Origin: a virus
Strand: one strand, 5' to 3'
IMG/VR virus record: IMGVR_UViG_3300005663_000003
Span: 22,672 to 86,671 of that record
DNA length: 64,000 nt
The position numbers were made by a program, and so were the translations under genes. This document shows, one piece after another, positions 9,794 to 19,234 of the stretch (position 1 is the stretch's first letter; each line of letters starts with the position of its first letter). The notes beneath the pieces were generated by a model. That model saw only the letters and a program-made list of their open reading frames with translations, did not search any database and had not been told where the DNA came from.

Positions 9794-10852
9794 ATGGCAG
9801 CGGTCATCACCGACGTTCAACCGAGGAGCTTCCGGGCGGGAGACGACATCACCGTCACCGGCTCGGGGTTCTCCACGCTGTTCGCCGACAACCGCGTGTC
9901 CATCCAGTTCCTCAACGCCCCTCTGGTCAGCTCGACCGACACGGTCATGGTCTGCACCGTCCCGGCGGGCATCCCGACGGACGAGCAGGTCGGCGTCATC
10001 GCCAGCCGGATCGACACACAGATTGCTTCGGAGCCCTTCACGGCGTGGAGCCTCGCGAGCCTCGACGCCATCCGCGACCTCGACCTGTCCGGTCAGGTGC
10101 CCGGCCCGCGCGAAGCGGCGCATCTCGATGTCGACGTGGCGGACATCGCCCAGGCGCGCGACTACGAACGCATCGCGTCGCACGCGCTCAGGATTGCTAA
10201 CGAAATCCTCGGGAGCCCCGGCGACATCTTCACAAGCGACGGGAGCCTCCCGGTTCCGTTCCCGATCGGCGGCGGTGGGCTGGAGCTTCACGCGCGGCCG
10301 TCGGAGCCGCTCGACCTTCGATGGGAGGCGGCGAGTCGCTGGCTCACATTCCGATACGGTCTGCGTTTCCTGGACTCTCAAAACATCATCAACATGATCG
10401 GGAACGGGTCACCGTTCTCGCTGACTGCCTTCAACGTGAACGGTGAAGAGCATGGCGTTCCCTTCGAAGGGAACCTGACTCGGGTGATGGTCGCCGTGCT
10501 CGAAGAGGAGGTCCCCGGCGACTCGCTCGACCGGGTGCGCGTCATCGTCAATGGGGCATCGGTTCACGACTCAGGCGCCGGACTCGGGCTCGGGGAGGGA
10601 GACGCCTACGTCGCCACCTTCTCGGCTCCCGTCAGGAACCCCGAGCGCGTCACAATCGAAGCGACGAAGCTAGGGAACAACGCGCAGATGAGCATCATCG
10701 GCATGGTCAAGCTACAGGAGACGACGAGCGTGTTCGTGTCGGATACCATCTTCGTTGACGACGACGTGCAAGTGACCAAGACCGGAAACCAGGCGGCGGC
10801 TGCGGCCATCGCGATCAGCGTGAGCGACGTCGCCACGGCGGCGCTGAGCTGA
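9794..10852 (+). CDS. IPT/TIG (Ig-like) domain virion protein, paralogue 1
   Basis: N-terminal ITDVQPRSFRAGDDITVTGSGFS...N.V. Confidence 0.75.
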   Translation: MAAVITDVQPRSFRAGDDITVTGSGFSTLFADNRVSIQFLNAPLVSSTDTVMVCTVPAGIPTDEQVGVIASRIDTQIASEPFTAWSLASLDAIRDLDLSGQVPGPREAAHLDVDVADIAQARDYERIASHALRIANEILGSPGDIFTSDGSLPVPFPIGGGGLELHARPSEPLDLRWEAASRWLTFRYGLRFLDSQNIINMIGNGSPFSLTAFNVNGEEHGVPFEGNLTRVMVAVLEEEVPGDSLDRVRVIVNGASVHDSGAGLGLGEGDAYVATFSAPVRNPERVTIEATKLGNNAQMSIIGMVKLQETTSVFVSDTIFVDDDVQVTKTGNQAAAAAIAISVSDVATAALS

Positions 10853-11817
10853 TGGCCGCCCTCGTCCAGACGATCAGCCCAGGCCGCGCACGCGCAGGCG
10901 AAACCGTCACGATCAACGGCAGCGGCTTCGGGACCTTCGGCCACAACATCGTGCGCATGGACGACGGGGGCGGGCCGGTCACGATTCCCGGCGCCGACAC
11001 CCTGGACATCGACACGTCTACCATCCAGGTCGTCGTCCCCGCTGGCCTCGTCCGCGACCGCTTCATCGAGGTCGAGGTCGAGAACACCGAGGACAGCACG
11101 ACCGCCATCTCCTACCTCTACTCGCAGCTCACGCTGACCGAGCTGGAAACGGATCGGCTCCCCGGGAAGAAGCCAGGGTTCCGCGAGGCGACCATCACAA
11201 CGGCAGGAGTCCCCGACGAAGATGAGCTGGTGATAGAGGCCAAGGACTTTGACCGGCTGTCGGCCAAGGTCGAGAGCCTCCAATACGACAACCTCACGAC
11301 GCTCGGCGACCTCGCCCCGCGAGGACCGGCGCAGGGGCTTCGCCGCATCCCGATCGGCACCGACGGGCAAAGGTGGTTCCGAGACGAGAACCTGGGCGGC
11401 CAGTGGAAGACGCTGGAGCCCGACGTAGTTTGGTGGGCGGGACAGGTTCCGGCGGCCACGGTTACAGAGCTGTTCCTCGCCACCCAAGTCCTTGGGAGCT
11501 TCGATCTTTCTGGACCGTCAAGGACCGAGCAGATCGCGCCCAAGACCGGTCAGCTTGCGCTGCTCCAGGTCCACGTTACCGACGACTCGGCGGGGGCGAC
11601 CTCGCGCATCTCGCGCGTTCGCATCCTCGTCGAGGGCGTCGAGGTCTTCGACTCCCTGAGCTTGCCCGTCGGTCAAGATCCGTTCATCCCAGAGAACGGC
11701 CACTGGACGCTGGCCCCCTTCATCAACGTCACGGAGAAGGACGTCATAGAAATCGCCGTTACGAAGAACAACGCCAACGTGACCCTAAACGTCATCGCTC
11801 GGGCGGTGCTCGTATGA
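10852..11817 (+). CDS. IPT/TIG domain virion protein, paralogue 2
   Basis: VQTISPGRARAGETVTINGSGFG...IQVVVP. Confidence 0.75.
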   Translation: MAALVQTISPGRARAGETVTINGSGFGTFGHNIVRMDDGGGPVTIPGADTLDIDTSTIQVVVPAGLVRDRFIEVEVENTEDSTTAISYLYSQLTLTELETDRLPGKKPGFREATITTAGVPDEDELVIEAKDFDRLSAKVESLQYDNLTTLGDLAPRGPAQGLRRIPIGTDGQRWFRDENLGGQWKTLEPDVVWWAGQVPAATVTELFLATQVLGSFDLSGPSRTEQIAPKTGQLALLQVHVTDDSAGATSRISRVRILVEGVEVFDSLSLPVGQDPFIPENGHWTLAPFINVTEKDVIEIAVTKNNANVTLNVIARAVLV

Positions 11818-12881
11818 GCCTCCACGAAGTCACGATCCTCGACACCATCGACGTTGTCGACTCGGTCACCCGAACGCCGAACCGCATCGACATTCTCATC
11901 CAGGACGTCATCGCGATCACCGACGCCGTTCTATTCCCACGGCAGCCCGCCATCAGTTCCTTCGACCCGGCGCACATCCGCGCGGGCGACTCGGTCGTAA
12001 TCAAGGGCCAAGGCTTCGCGACCTCCATCGGTTCGAACCGCGTGACCTTCAACGGCTTCGTGGCGACGATCACGGCGGCGGCGGAGGACGAGCTAACGGT
12101 GACGGCCCCGGCGCTCCTCGCATTCACCGAGAACGGCTACGCGTTGGTGGAGGTCGAGACGCCACCGCTGTCGGCGATCAAGGCGAGCGCGGAGGTCTGG
12201 GTCAAGTTCTCCACCATCGAGGAGGAGGCCGACGAGTTGCTGGCTCTACAGGAGGCGAACCTCAAGGAGGTCGTGGGCGTCGACCGTCCCACCTTCGCCG
12301 AGGCTGGCGACTGGAACCCACTCCAGACTTTGATGGAGCACTCGCAGCAAGGCAGGGCCGAGGGCAGGGCGGGCGGCTTCAAGTCGCGCGACGCCGTGGG
12401 CATCGTCGGCGCCCCCCGGCGCAACCCGCCGGACAACCTGAACACCGGGGGCGAGTCCTTGGTGGTCGATCCGAGCGAGCCCGGCCTACTCGCCTTCGGT
12501 TGGCAGCTCGATGACACCCTCGCCTTCGGGGGACGGTTTGAAATCGCCGACTCCGGCGCGCACCTGATGGCCGCGAACGGTAGGGCGAACACCCCAATCG
12601 ATGCGGAGACCGAACAGATTGCGATGCTCGATGGCCTGCTCGACCTCGGTTGGTTCATTGTCAAAGGTGGCGGGGTGGATACCATCACCCTGTTCGAGGT
12701 TCTCGTCGAAGGCGTCGTCGAGGCGAGCCAAGCAGGACCCGCTGCCGTCTCGAATGCGGTGCGTTTCTTCCGCACTAACGTTCAGGTCAGCAAGGGAGAC
12801 AGAATCGAGATGCGACTGACGAAGGTTGGAGTGACGAGCCTACGCCTGATCGTCGGCGGCTTCCGCGTGAGGTATCGCTAG
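11814..12881 (+). CDS. IPT/TIG domain virion protein, paralogue 3
   Basis: ATG 11814 (ATGA overlap); ISSFDPAHIRAGDSVVIKGQGFATSIGSNRVTFNG. Confidence 0.75.
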   Translation: MSLHEVTILDTIDVVDSVTRTPNRIDILIQDVIAITDAVLFPRQPAISSFDPAHIRAGDSVVIKGQGFATSIGSNRVTFNGFVATITAAAEDELTVTAPALLAFTENGYALVEVETPPLSAIKASAEVWVKFSTIEEEADELLALQEANLKEVVGVDRPTFAEAGDWNPLQTLMEHSQQGRAEGRAGGFKSRDAVGIVGAPRRNPPDNLNTGGESLVVDPSEPGLLAFGWQLDDTLAFGGRFEIADSGAHLMAANGRANTPIDAETEQIAMLDGLLDLGWFIVKGGGVDTITLFEVLVEGVVEASQAGPAAVSNAVRFFRTNVQVSKGDRIEMRLTKVGVTSLRLIVGGFRVRYR

Positions 12882-15800
12882 TGCTCGGACACCCAAGCAT
12901 CGCTCAGTGGGGAAACCCCGAATGGGGTGAGGTCGTAGGCGAGCCCTCGAAGTTCGTGAAGTTGGAGAGCCTCGCCCGAGGCGAGCAGCAACGGACGCTG
13001 ACCTTCGACAGCGTAGGCGTTCTCCTCGACGCGGACATCACGGCAGGGTTCGACAGCGTCGCGAGCAAAGATCAGGAGCAGTCGGTCCTGTTCGACTTCT
13101 TCGCGCCGCGTGTTCCCACCGTCAAGTTCCTCGCGGACTGCACCGCCAACGTGTTGCTCATCGAGATGCGGCTACCGGCTGGGACGCGCCGCTTCGCCAC
13201 GATCCCCCTCATCTTCGGCGGCGACACCTACACCGGAAGGCTCGCGGGCATCACGACGCTCACGAGAACACAGGGCAGCGGCACCGACGATGTCCAGGTC
13301 AAGCTCGACGACACCGATGACGGCGGTCAAGACCGCCTGCGGGATGTGTTCCTCGCCGACGATCCCGAAGGCTCTGGCGTGACCATCTGGGTCGTGCTCC
13401 TCGGCGACAAGTCGAAGAACCGCATCGTCCTGTTCGAGGGAAACATCGAAAGGGTCGCGGGCTTCTCCCGCGCGGTCGTGAGCATCGACGTCGTGCGAAA
13501 CGAAGCGGTGGAAGACGTGGAGCTGGGGCGGCCTATCACGCTCGCCGAATTCCCCAACGCGCCCGACGACTCCCTCAGCAAGACCAGGCCCATCGTCTTC
13601 GGGCAGGTCGAGAACCATGAGTCCGTCGCGGTGGACGTCAACGCCATCGGAAGACTCGACCGCGCACTGGTTGGAGTCGCGCCGGTCAGTCCCATCGTGT
13701 CGGGCTTCTCCAGCGTTACGACGTTCGTGATTGCACCGAGCGGCATCGCGATTCCTCAGGTGGTCACACCGAACGACAGCATCCTCCTGCGTGACGCCGA
13801 CGAGTTCCCTAGCTCGGGGGTCGTGCGGATCGACGATGAGGAAATCGCCTACACCGGCAAGAGCGGGAACGAACTCACGGGCCTCACTCGGAGCTTCAAC
13901 GGCACGCTGTTCGGTGAGCACACTAAGGGCACCGAGGTTCAAGAGGCGGGCGACTTCCAGGTGCTCGTCGCCGATCACCCACTGGGGAGGATCGACAACA
14001 TCAAAGTCCTCGGCAGCGATGACGTCCTCGGCGAGCCGGTCCCCGCCCCGAGGACGGTGGACAATAACGCGGCACTCATCACCTGGAGCGAGACGCCACG
14101 CGTGAGGAACCCGAACGCCGATGCGGTGTTCGCGCGCATCCACTTCCGAGATGTCGACCCGCTGAACAAGGCCGACGGTGCAGCCTTCACCGCGCGAGAG
14201 AACCCAAGCTACCGAGCCTTCGGCTTCTCTCGCCTCGGCACTGGGGACATGGTCTTGCGAACGAACACCGACGGGCTCGGCGTTCCCGGTGACCTGGTTC
14301 GCGTGTGGATCGGGTGCATCTTCGACCCCGACACGCTCGGGTTCGCACCAGCGCCTCCGTTCATCAGCGCCGGGGCAGGACAAACCCCCACGCCGAACCC
14401 GGCCTTCAGCTTTGCTCTGCCCCAGGCAGCACTGGGCATCGCCGGAGCTGCGAGCATCGAGGTAACAGGCAGGCGGTTCAACCTTCAGCCTACCGACCTG
14501 GTCCCCGAGGAGATCGCCCGGAACGACGAGAAGACCGGCGACCGCATCTACGACGTGCCGGACCCCGTGTTCTTGCCGCAGATCGGAAGGCAGGGCGGGG
14601 AAATCCTGAGCCCCGACATCACCATCGATCCCGGCATCTGGCAGCGCGACCCACCCGTAGGCTTCATCATCGACGGAGACGAGGACACCGAGGCCGTGAG
14701 CTTCTTCGCTGGCTTCGGCGAAGCTCTCTTCATTGGCAGCGGCGATGCCATCTTCCGGCTCGACGCCCCCCCGGACATCGGCGACTACAAGCCAGTGAGT
14801 GGAACGCTCGTGTTCGTCGCCGGGTGGGGCCCGCCCTTTACCCCGATCACGTCGCCGATGGAGGTCAAGGTCGTCAACCGCTTCACGGGTGAGATCGTCG
14901 CCGAGTTGCTCGCCAGCTCGGCCGCCCCAATCCCGCCGTTCACCACGGGACTCATCAACGGCATCGAGAGGTTCGAAGCTCCCATCGACGTCAGTCTCTT
15001 CAACGATGACCTGAGCAACCTTCCCGACTTCGACTGGATCGTAAGCCCGATCCTCGGAGTCAGCTCTGGTCTGTGGGTTGCGCGCGAGCTGTTCATCGAC
15101 CTGGAGACGGTGAACGATCCACCAATCAACAGCGCGACCATCAACCCACTCGGCTCGGTCACCAATTACTTCGAGGTCACCGACCTCGTCGGCCTGAGTC
15201 AGACCAAGGATGCGGCGCAGGACTGGGCCTTCTTCTCGGACCTCAACCGAGGAGGACGAGTCACCTGGCGGGCCAACATCGCGGGCATCGACCCTCAGGT
15301 GTTGGAGACGTTCTGGGTTGCCGAGTTCACTCCGTTCCTTAACGCCTCGACGAAGGTGCCGCGCGTCTTCTCCGACGTGCGCGGGATTACCGGACCCAAC
15401 GGCGACGACAGCCCCGCCGACATCTCGGAGCAGGTCATCACGCAGCTCCCGCCGCTTGGCATGGGGCTCGGCGTCTCGCGCATCTCGCGCGGGAACTACC
15501 AGGCGGCGAAGGTCAGCCTGGACGCCGACGGCATCCGCATGGGCTTCGCCATCGTCAAGCCGACCTCGGCGGTCAAGCTCATCGAGGCCATCGCGGAGCA
15601 AGGCGACTGCCGACAGAGCTGGACGCAGGGACAACACAACCTGATCCGTCGGCCTCGCGCCGACACCGTGCTCCCGGTCTTCAAAACCCTGGAGGAGTTC
15701 CGCGACATCCTCGGGGCATCGGTGGCGGCTCAGACCAAGCTGGGGCGCACCCCACTCGGCGAGGCGCGCACGCGGGTCACGGCGGTCTATCGGATCTTCG

Positions 15801-16141
15801 CCCCGACCGGCGACACAAGCCGCAGCGTCGAGGTTGTCGACGCGGCTGCGGAGGTCAAGTTCGGGCGCAAGTCGCAGACCGTCACGCTCGACCTGGTGCG
15901 CGACGACGTGGCGGCGCAGGTCATCACGGCCAGGCTCGTCGAGCGTCGGCGGCGACCGCGCTGGACGGTCGAGCTTGACATGGCGTTGCCCGGTCTAGAG
16001 CTTCGCTTCGGCGACCTCGTCGCCATCGAGCACAAGGACATCCCTGGTGGTATCTTCACGGTGTGCGAGGTCGTCGGCCTCAACTATCTCCCGGCTGGCT
16101 TCGATCGCGTGCGCGTGACCTGCGTGGTTTGGAACGAGTAG
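12881..16141 (+). CDS. Tail tip/baseplate hub protein (gpJ/Tal-like, Phage-tail_3-like C-terminus)
   Basis: 1086 aa; PIVFG motif; C-terminal FGRKSQTVTLDLVRD...LELRFGDLVAI. Confidence 0.75.
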   Translation: MLGHPSIAQWGNPEWGEVVGEPSKFVKLESLARGEQQRTLTFDSVGVLLDADITAGFDSVASKDQEQSVLFDFFAPRVPTVKFLADCTANVLLIEMRLPAGTRRFATIPLIFGGDTYTGRLAGITTLTRTQGSGTDDVQVKLDDTDDGGQDRLRDVFLADDPEGSGVTIWVVLLGDKSKNRIVLFEGNIERVAGFSRAVVSIDVVRNEAVEDVELGRPITLAEFPNAPDDSLSKTRPIVFGQVENHESVAVDVNAIGRLDRALVGVAPVSPIVSGFSSVTTFVIAPSGIAIPQVVTPNDSILLRDADEFPSSGVVRIDDEEIAYTGKSGNELTGLTRSFNGTLFGEHTKGTEVQEAGDFQVLVADHPLGRIDNIKVLGSDDVLGEPVPAPRTVDNNAALITWSETPRVRNPNADAVFARIHFRDVDPLNKADGAAFTARENPSYRAFGFSRLGTGDMVLRTNTDGLGVPGDLVRVWIGCIFDPDTLGFAPAPPFISAGAGQTPTPNPAFSFALPQAALGIAGAASIEVTGRRFNLQPTDLVPEEIARNDEKTGDRIYDVPDPVFLPQIGRQGGEILSPDITIDPGIWQRDPPVGFIIDGDEDTEAVSFFAGFGEALFIGSGDAIFRLDAPPDIGDYKPVSGTLVFVAGWGPPFTPITSPMEVKVVNRFTGEIVAELLASSAAPIPPFTTGLINGIERFEAPIDVSLFNDDLSNLPDFDWIVSPILGVSSGLWVARELFIDLETVNDPPINSATINPLGSVTNYFEVTDLVGLSQTKDAAQDWAFFSDLNRGGRVTWRANIAGIDPQVLETFWVAEFTPFLNASTKVPRVFSDVRGITGPNGDDSPADISEQVITQLPPLGMGLGVSRISRGNYQAAKVSLDADGIRMGFAIVKPTSAVKLIEAIAEQGDCRQSWTQGQHNLIRRPRADTVLPVFKTLEEFRDILGASVAAQTKLGRTPLGEARTRVTAVYRIFAPTGDTSRSVEVVDAAAEVKFGRKSQTVTLDLVRDDVAAQVITARLVERRRRPRWTVELDMALPGLELRFGDLVAIEHKDIPGGIFTVCEVVGLNYLPAGFDRVRVTCVVWNE

Positions 16142-16144
16142 GGG

Positions 16145-17053
16145 ATGCCTCAGAACACACCGCCCCCCGAGGTCCAAGACTTCCACCTGTTCGATGTGAA
16201 CGGGATCAAGCAGCACCTGCTCCAGCTCTCGGGGAAGATACGCGCGGTGTTCTTCCCCCAGGGATTCTGGGACACCAGGCCGACTCCGCAAGACATCACG
16301 ACGGTTCCGCCGACGGTCACTCTCCCACCGAACCCACCGAACAGTCGGCTCCGTGCGTTCGTCGTCGACCGCCTCCTGCAGATCATGGACGACACGGGGG
16401 CAACCGGTCGCGCCCTGGGTGAACTGCTTGGCGCTGACGCGAACGGCATCCTACGCGCGATCCCACCCGGGCCATCCGGGTCGCTCCTCTTGCGGGACGA
16501 CTCAGCAGTCAGCGGGGTCAGTTGGCAACAGCTACTTGCCATCACGGAGATTCCAGGTCAACACCAGTTCGGCAGCGTGATTGACTACACCCAAGAGGGT
16601 CCGGCTCCCGTCGTGTCGGAGGTCCAATACACCAAGGTCTTCCTCACGCAAGGGATCAGCATCAACTCGATGTCGATCTTCCGCACGACCGGCGGAAGCG
16701 CGGCGAGGTTCATCAACCTCGGCCTATACGATCAAGCCAGCCCGATGGACCCGAACGGCCAGCCCAGGAACAGGCTCGCCGAGACGGGAGCGACCGCTAC
16801 CACGGGGACCGACAGCTTCATCTCTCCGGCTCTGATCGGCGCCCCCATCGCGATCCCAGCGACGGGGTTCTATTGGCTCGCGTTCATCACGGACACGCTC
16901 ACGCCGTTGCGGGTGAGCTGCACCCTCGGAATCTACCCGGCCAACTTCCTACCTGTCTTCCGCGAGGCGAGCGCGGCGACGACGCTGCCGACCACGGCCA
17001 GCAGCCTCACTCAGCCAGCGAGCACGTTGATGTTCGCCGCAGCCCTGGAATAG
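16145..17053 (+). CDS. Putative tail fibre/receptor-binding protein
   Basis: 302 aa; fibre-like PGPSGSLL.RDDS..SGVSW segment, C-terminal beta domain (LGLYD...G.P, GFYWLAF). Confidence 0.55.
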   Translation: MPQNTPPPEVQDFHLFDVNGIKQHLLQLSGKIRAVFFPQGFWDTRPTPQDITTVPPTVTLPPNPPNSRLRAFVVDRLLQIMDDTGATGRALGELLGADANGILRAIPPGPSGSLLLRDDSAVSGVSWQQLLAITEIPGQHQFGSVIDYTQEGPAPVVSEVQYTKVFLTQGISINSMSIFRTTGGSAARFINLGLYDQASPMDPNGQPRNRLAETGATATTGTDSFISPALIGAPIAIPATGFYWLAFITDTLTPLRVSCTLGIYPANFLPVFREASAATTLPTTASSLTQPASTLMFAAALE

Positions 17054-17066
17054 AGGCCCTGCCGCA

Positions 17067-17132
17067 TCCTCACTTGGTTACTGTCTGAGGCTGGGCCCCC
17101 TCTGCTATACTCCGGCAACCCCCAAGTGAGGA
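17067..17132 (+). promoter_or_regulatory. Internal promoter (TGcTATACT 17103-17111) bracketed by an 11-bp inverted repeat
   Basis: TCCTCACTTGG 17067-17077 and CCAAGTGAGGA 17122-17132. Confidence 0.65.
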
Positions 17133-17140
17133 AGTGACGA

Positions 17141-17560
17141 ATGGGCTGCACGAGCGAGGGCGCACGCCGCGCCGCGAACCTGATCTATCGCCGTGGCATC
17201 CTCGCGGCGGCGCCCGACCCCGTCGACCTCACAAACCCGCTGCCGATCGACCCCGACCCCGCTGTCTTCAACGCTGGCCTGCAACCGAACACCGGAGAGA
17301 CGGTCGTCATCTCCCTGGCGTTCCTCGGAGCGGGCGACGTGGCCGACATCAGCATCATCAACTGGGGGAACGACAAGGACGGCAACCAGGTCGCCCTCAG
17401 TGTGCGCGACCTCACTCAAGTCGCGGCGGGTGTCTTCACGGATCCTGATGGCGCCTTCTTCGGGACTGAGCTGGTCGAGCCCTGCAACGCTCCCCTGTTC
17501 GAAATCCGGGTGCGAGCGAACACCGGGACCATCGACAAAATCCGGGTGTGGACCTACTAG
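17141..17560 (+). CDS. Hypothetical virion protein
   Basis: 139 aa with SD GAGG. Confidence 0.6.
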   Translation: MGCTSEGARRAANLIYRRGILAAAPDPVDLTNPLPIDPDPAVFNAGLQPNTGETVVISLAFLGAGDVADISIINWGNDKDGNQVALSVRDLTQVAAGVFTDPDGAFFGTELVEPCNAPLFEIRVRANTGTIDKIRVWTY

Positions 17561-17561
17561 C

Positions 17562-18287
17562 ATGGCGCGTAAGCGGTGCGGAATTTCCCAGGGGCTATGC
17601 GCGGCGCGCGTCGCGGCGGCGGCGGGTGGCGCTCCAGCGGGACCCGTGCTCACCGTCGACCTCCAGAAGATTACCGCGAGTCCGCTGGAGCTGGGCGCCA
17701 TCCTTCCGGTCGGCACGCAGTTCAACGCCTTCGAGATGGACGCGGCGGGAGCGCTCGTCACGCGCACCATCCAAGACGACGACGGCAATGGCGCGGTAGA
17801 CATCCTCGGTGAAGCGAACCCGGTCCCCAACGCGGGGATGGGATTCAGCTACGAGAAGACCACCATCGGTGGGCAGGTCACCTTCACTTACGTCGCCGAC
17901 GACGGGACGACCGTGGCGCAAGACACCGAACAGTATTTGTGGCTGCCGAGGATTTACCTCGGGGTCGAGCCGATCCCCGGCGCAGTGGACGAGGCGTTCA
18001 TCGAAGCCCTTGTAGAGAGCGAGCTGCGCGGCGACAAGGGCATCGCGCGCACGGGCATCACCTGGACCACGGGCGAATACATCTGGATCGCCTTCCCCCA
18101 AGCCTTCAACCCTACCGACGTCCTCGACTTCCTCATCGGCGTGTTCCCTGGTGGGTTCTTGCTCGACACGGTGGGGGTAGCCGTCACGGCGAACACGGCG
18201 GGCTCGCCGGTCCCGATCCTCTACGACGTGTGGCGTTCGACCGGCGCAGGCATCGGCCTCCTTGTCGACGTCTCGGTCACCCCGTAG
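17562..18287 (+). CDS. Putative virion structural protein
   Basis: ATG 17562; beta-rich, YIWIAFP motif. Confidence 0.6.
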   Translation: MARKRCGISQGLCAARVAAAAGGAPAGPVLTVDLQKITASPLELGAILPVGTQFNAFEMDAAGALVTRTIQDDDGNGAVDILGEANPVPNAGMGFSYEKTTIGGQVTFTYVADDGTTVAQDTEQYLWLPRIYLGVEPIPGAVDEAFIEALVESELRGDKGIARTGITWTTGEYIWIAFPQAFNPTDVLDFLIGVFPGGFLLDTVGVAVTANTAGSPVPILYDVWRSTGAGIGLLVDVSVTP

Positions 18288-18299
18288 GAGCCAAGAGAC

Positions 18300-19043
18300 A
18301 TGCCAGCAGCAGACCCATTTGACACCACTGGCTTCGGGCCTGGAGATGTCCAGGTCTCGTCGACCATCGGCTCTGCCTCCCTCACGTCGGTGGTTCGGTC
18401 CATCGACATCAAGGGCGGCGCGATGCAGGTCGCCACCATCGCGGCTCGCGACGCGATCCCGGGCGCCGCGCTCGCTCGGAACGATCCCGCGCAGTTCCGC
18501 CAGGAAGGGATGACCTGCTGGGTCGCGGACGCGGGCTCGGGCGTCCGCGCGGTGTTCCGTCTCGAAGGTGGCATCGCGAACGTCAACTGGGTCGACGTCA
18601 CCAACTCGACATCCATCGCACCGAAGACCCGACTCACCGACGAGGCGAACGTCCTCGTCGGGCACATCCTCTGCCAGTCGCCCACGGTAGCGCAGCGCGT
18701 CCGGCTCTGCGACCTGTCCGCTGACGACGCGCTCTCCCGCCCGGTCGGCGTGGCGACCTCGGCCCAGCCGATCAGCGCGAACCCGGTCCAGCTCCAGACG
18801 AACGGCGGCGAGGTAATGGCCGTTCGTCTGGTCGCGGCCCTCGTGCTCGCCCTGGGCGAGGAGATCATCCTCAGCCAAATCAACGGAGAGGGAACGCTAC
18901 CCGGTCAAGGCAGCGCGCCGGTAGCGGGCGAGATGGTTCAGCGTGTCGGGATCATCCTGGACTTCCTCGGCTACGACGGAGCGGCCGACCGTCTCGTTCT
19001 GGCTCAGCTCGACTTCAGCGGCACGCGAAGGATTGAATCCTGA
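18300..19043 (+). CDS. Putative fibre/decoration protein
   Basis: GG.MQVAT.AARDAIP...R.EGM.CWV...L.GG..N.NW module plus C-terminal cement-like PVGVA...VQRVG domain. Confidence 0.55.
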   Translation: MPAADPFDTTGFGPGDVQVSSTIGSASLTSVVRSIDIKGGAMQVATIAARDAIPGAALARNDPAQFRQEGMTCWVADAGSGVRAVFRLEGGIANVNWVDVTNSTSIAPKTRLTDEANVLVGHILCQSPTVAQRVRLCDLSADDALSRPVGVATSAQPISANPVQLQTNGGEVMAVRLVAALVLALGEEIILSQINGEGTLPGQGSAPVAGEMVQRVGIILDFLGYDGAADRLVLAQLDFSGTRRIES

Positions 19044-19225
19044 TGGCTGACATCATCTTGAATTTGCAGAACGTCATGGGCGTGCCGATCACCCTGACCG
19101 TCGATGAGAATCAGAAGCTGCCCGTGGCTCACTTCGTCGACTCGACCGGTGAGAAGAAAGCGGGAGACCTGGAGGCGGGCGACTGTGTCTACCACGGCCG
19201 CGCAGCCTTCACCGTTACCGCGTAG
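19043..19225 (+). CDS. Hypothetical protein (60 aa)
   Basis: TGATG coupling. Confidence 0.55.
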   Translation: MADIILNLQNVMGVPITLTVDENQKLPVAHFVDSTGEKKAGDLEAGDCVYHGRAAFTVTA

Positions 19226-19234
19226 GAGAGAACC

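Noticed and set aside
13172-15637. 821-aa minus-strand ORF and other long antisense ORFs (34188-35849, 49500-50957, 28484-29842, 17595-18878)
   Set aside because: Shadows of high-GC3 + strand genes; no motifs or RBS
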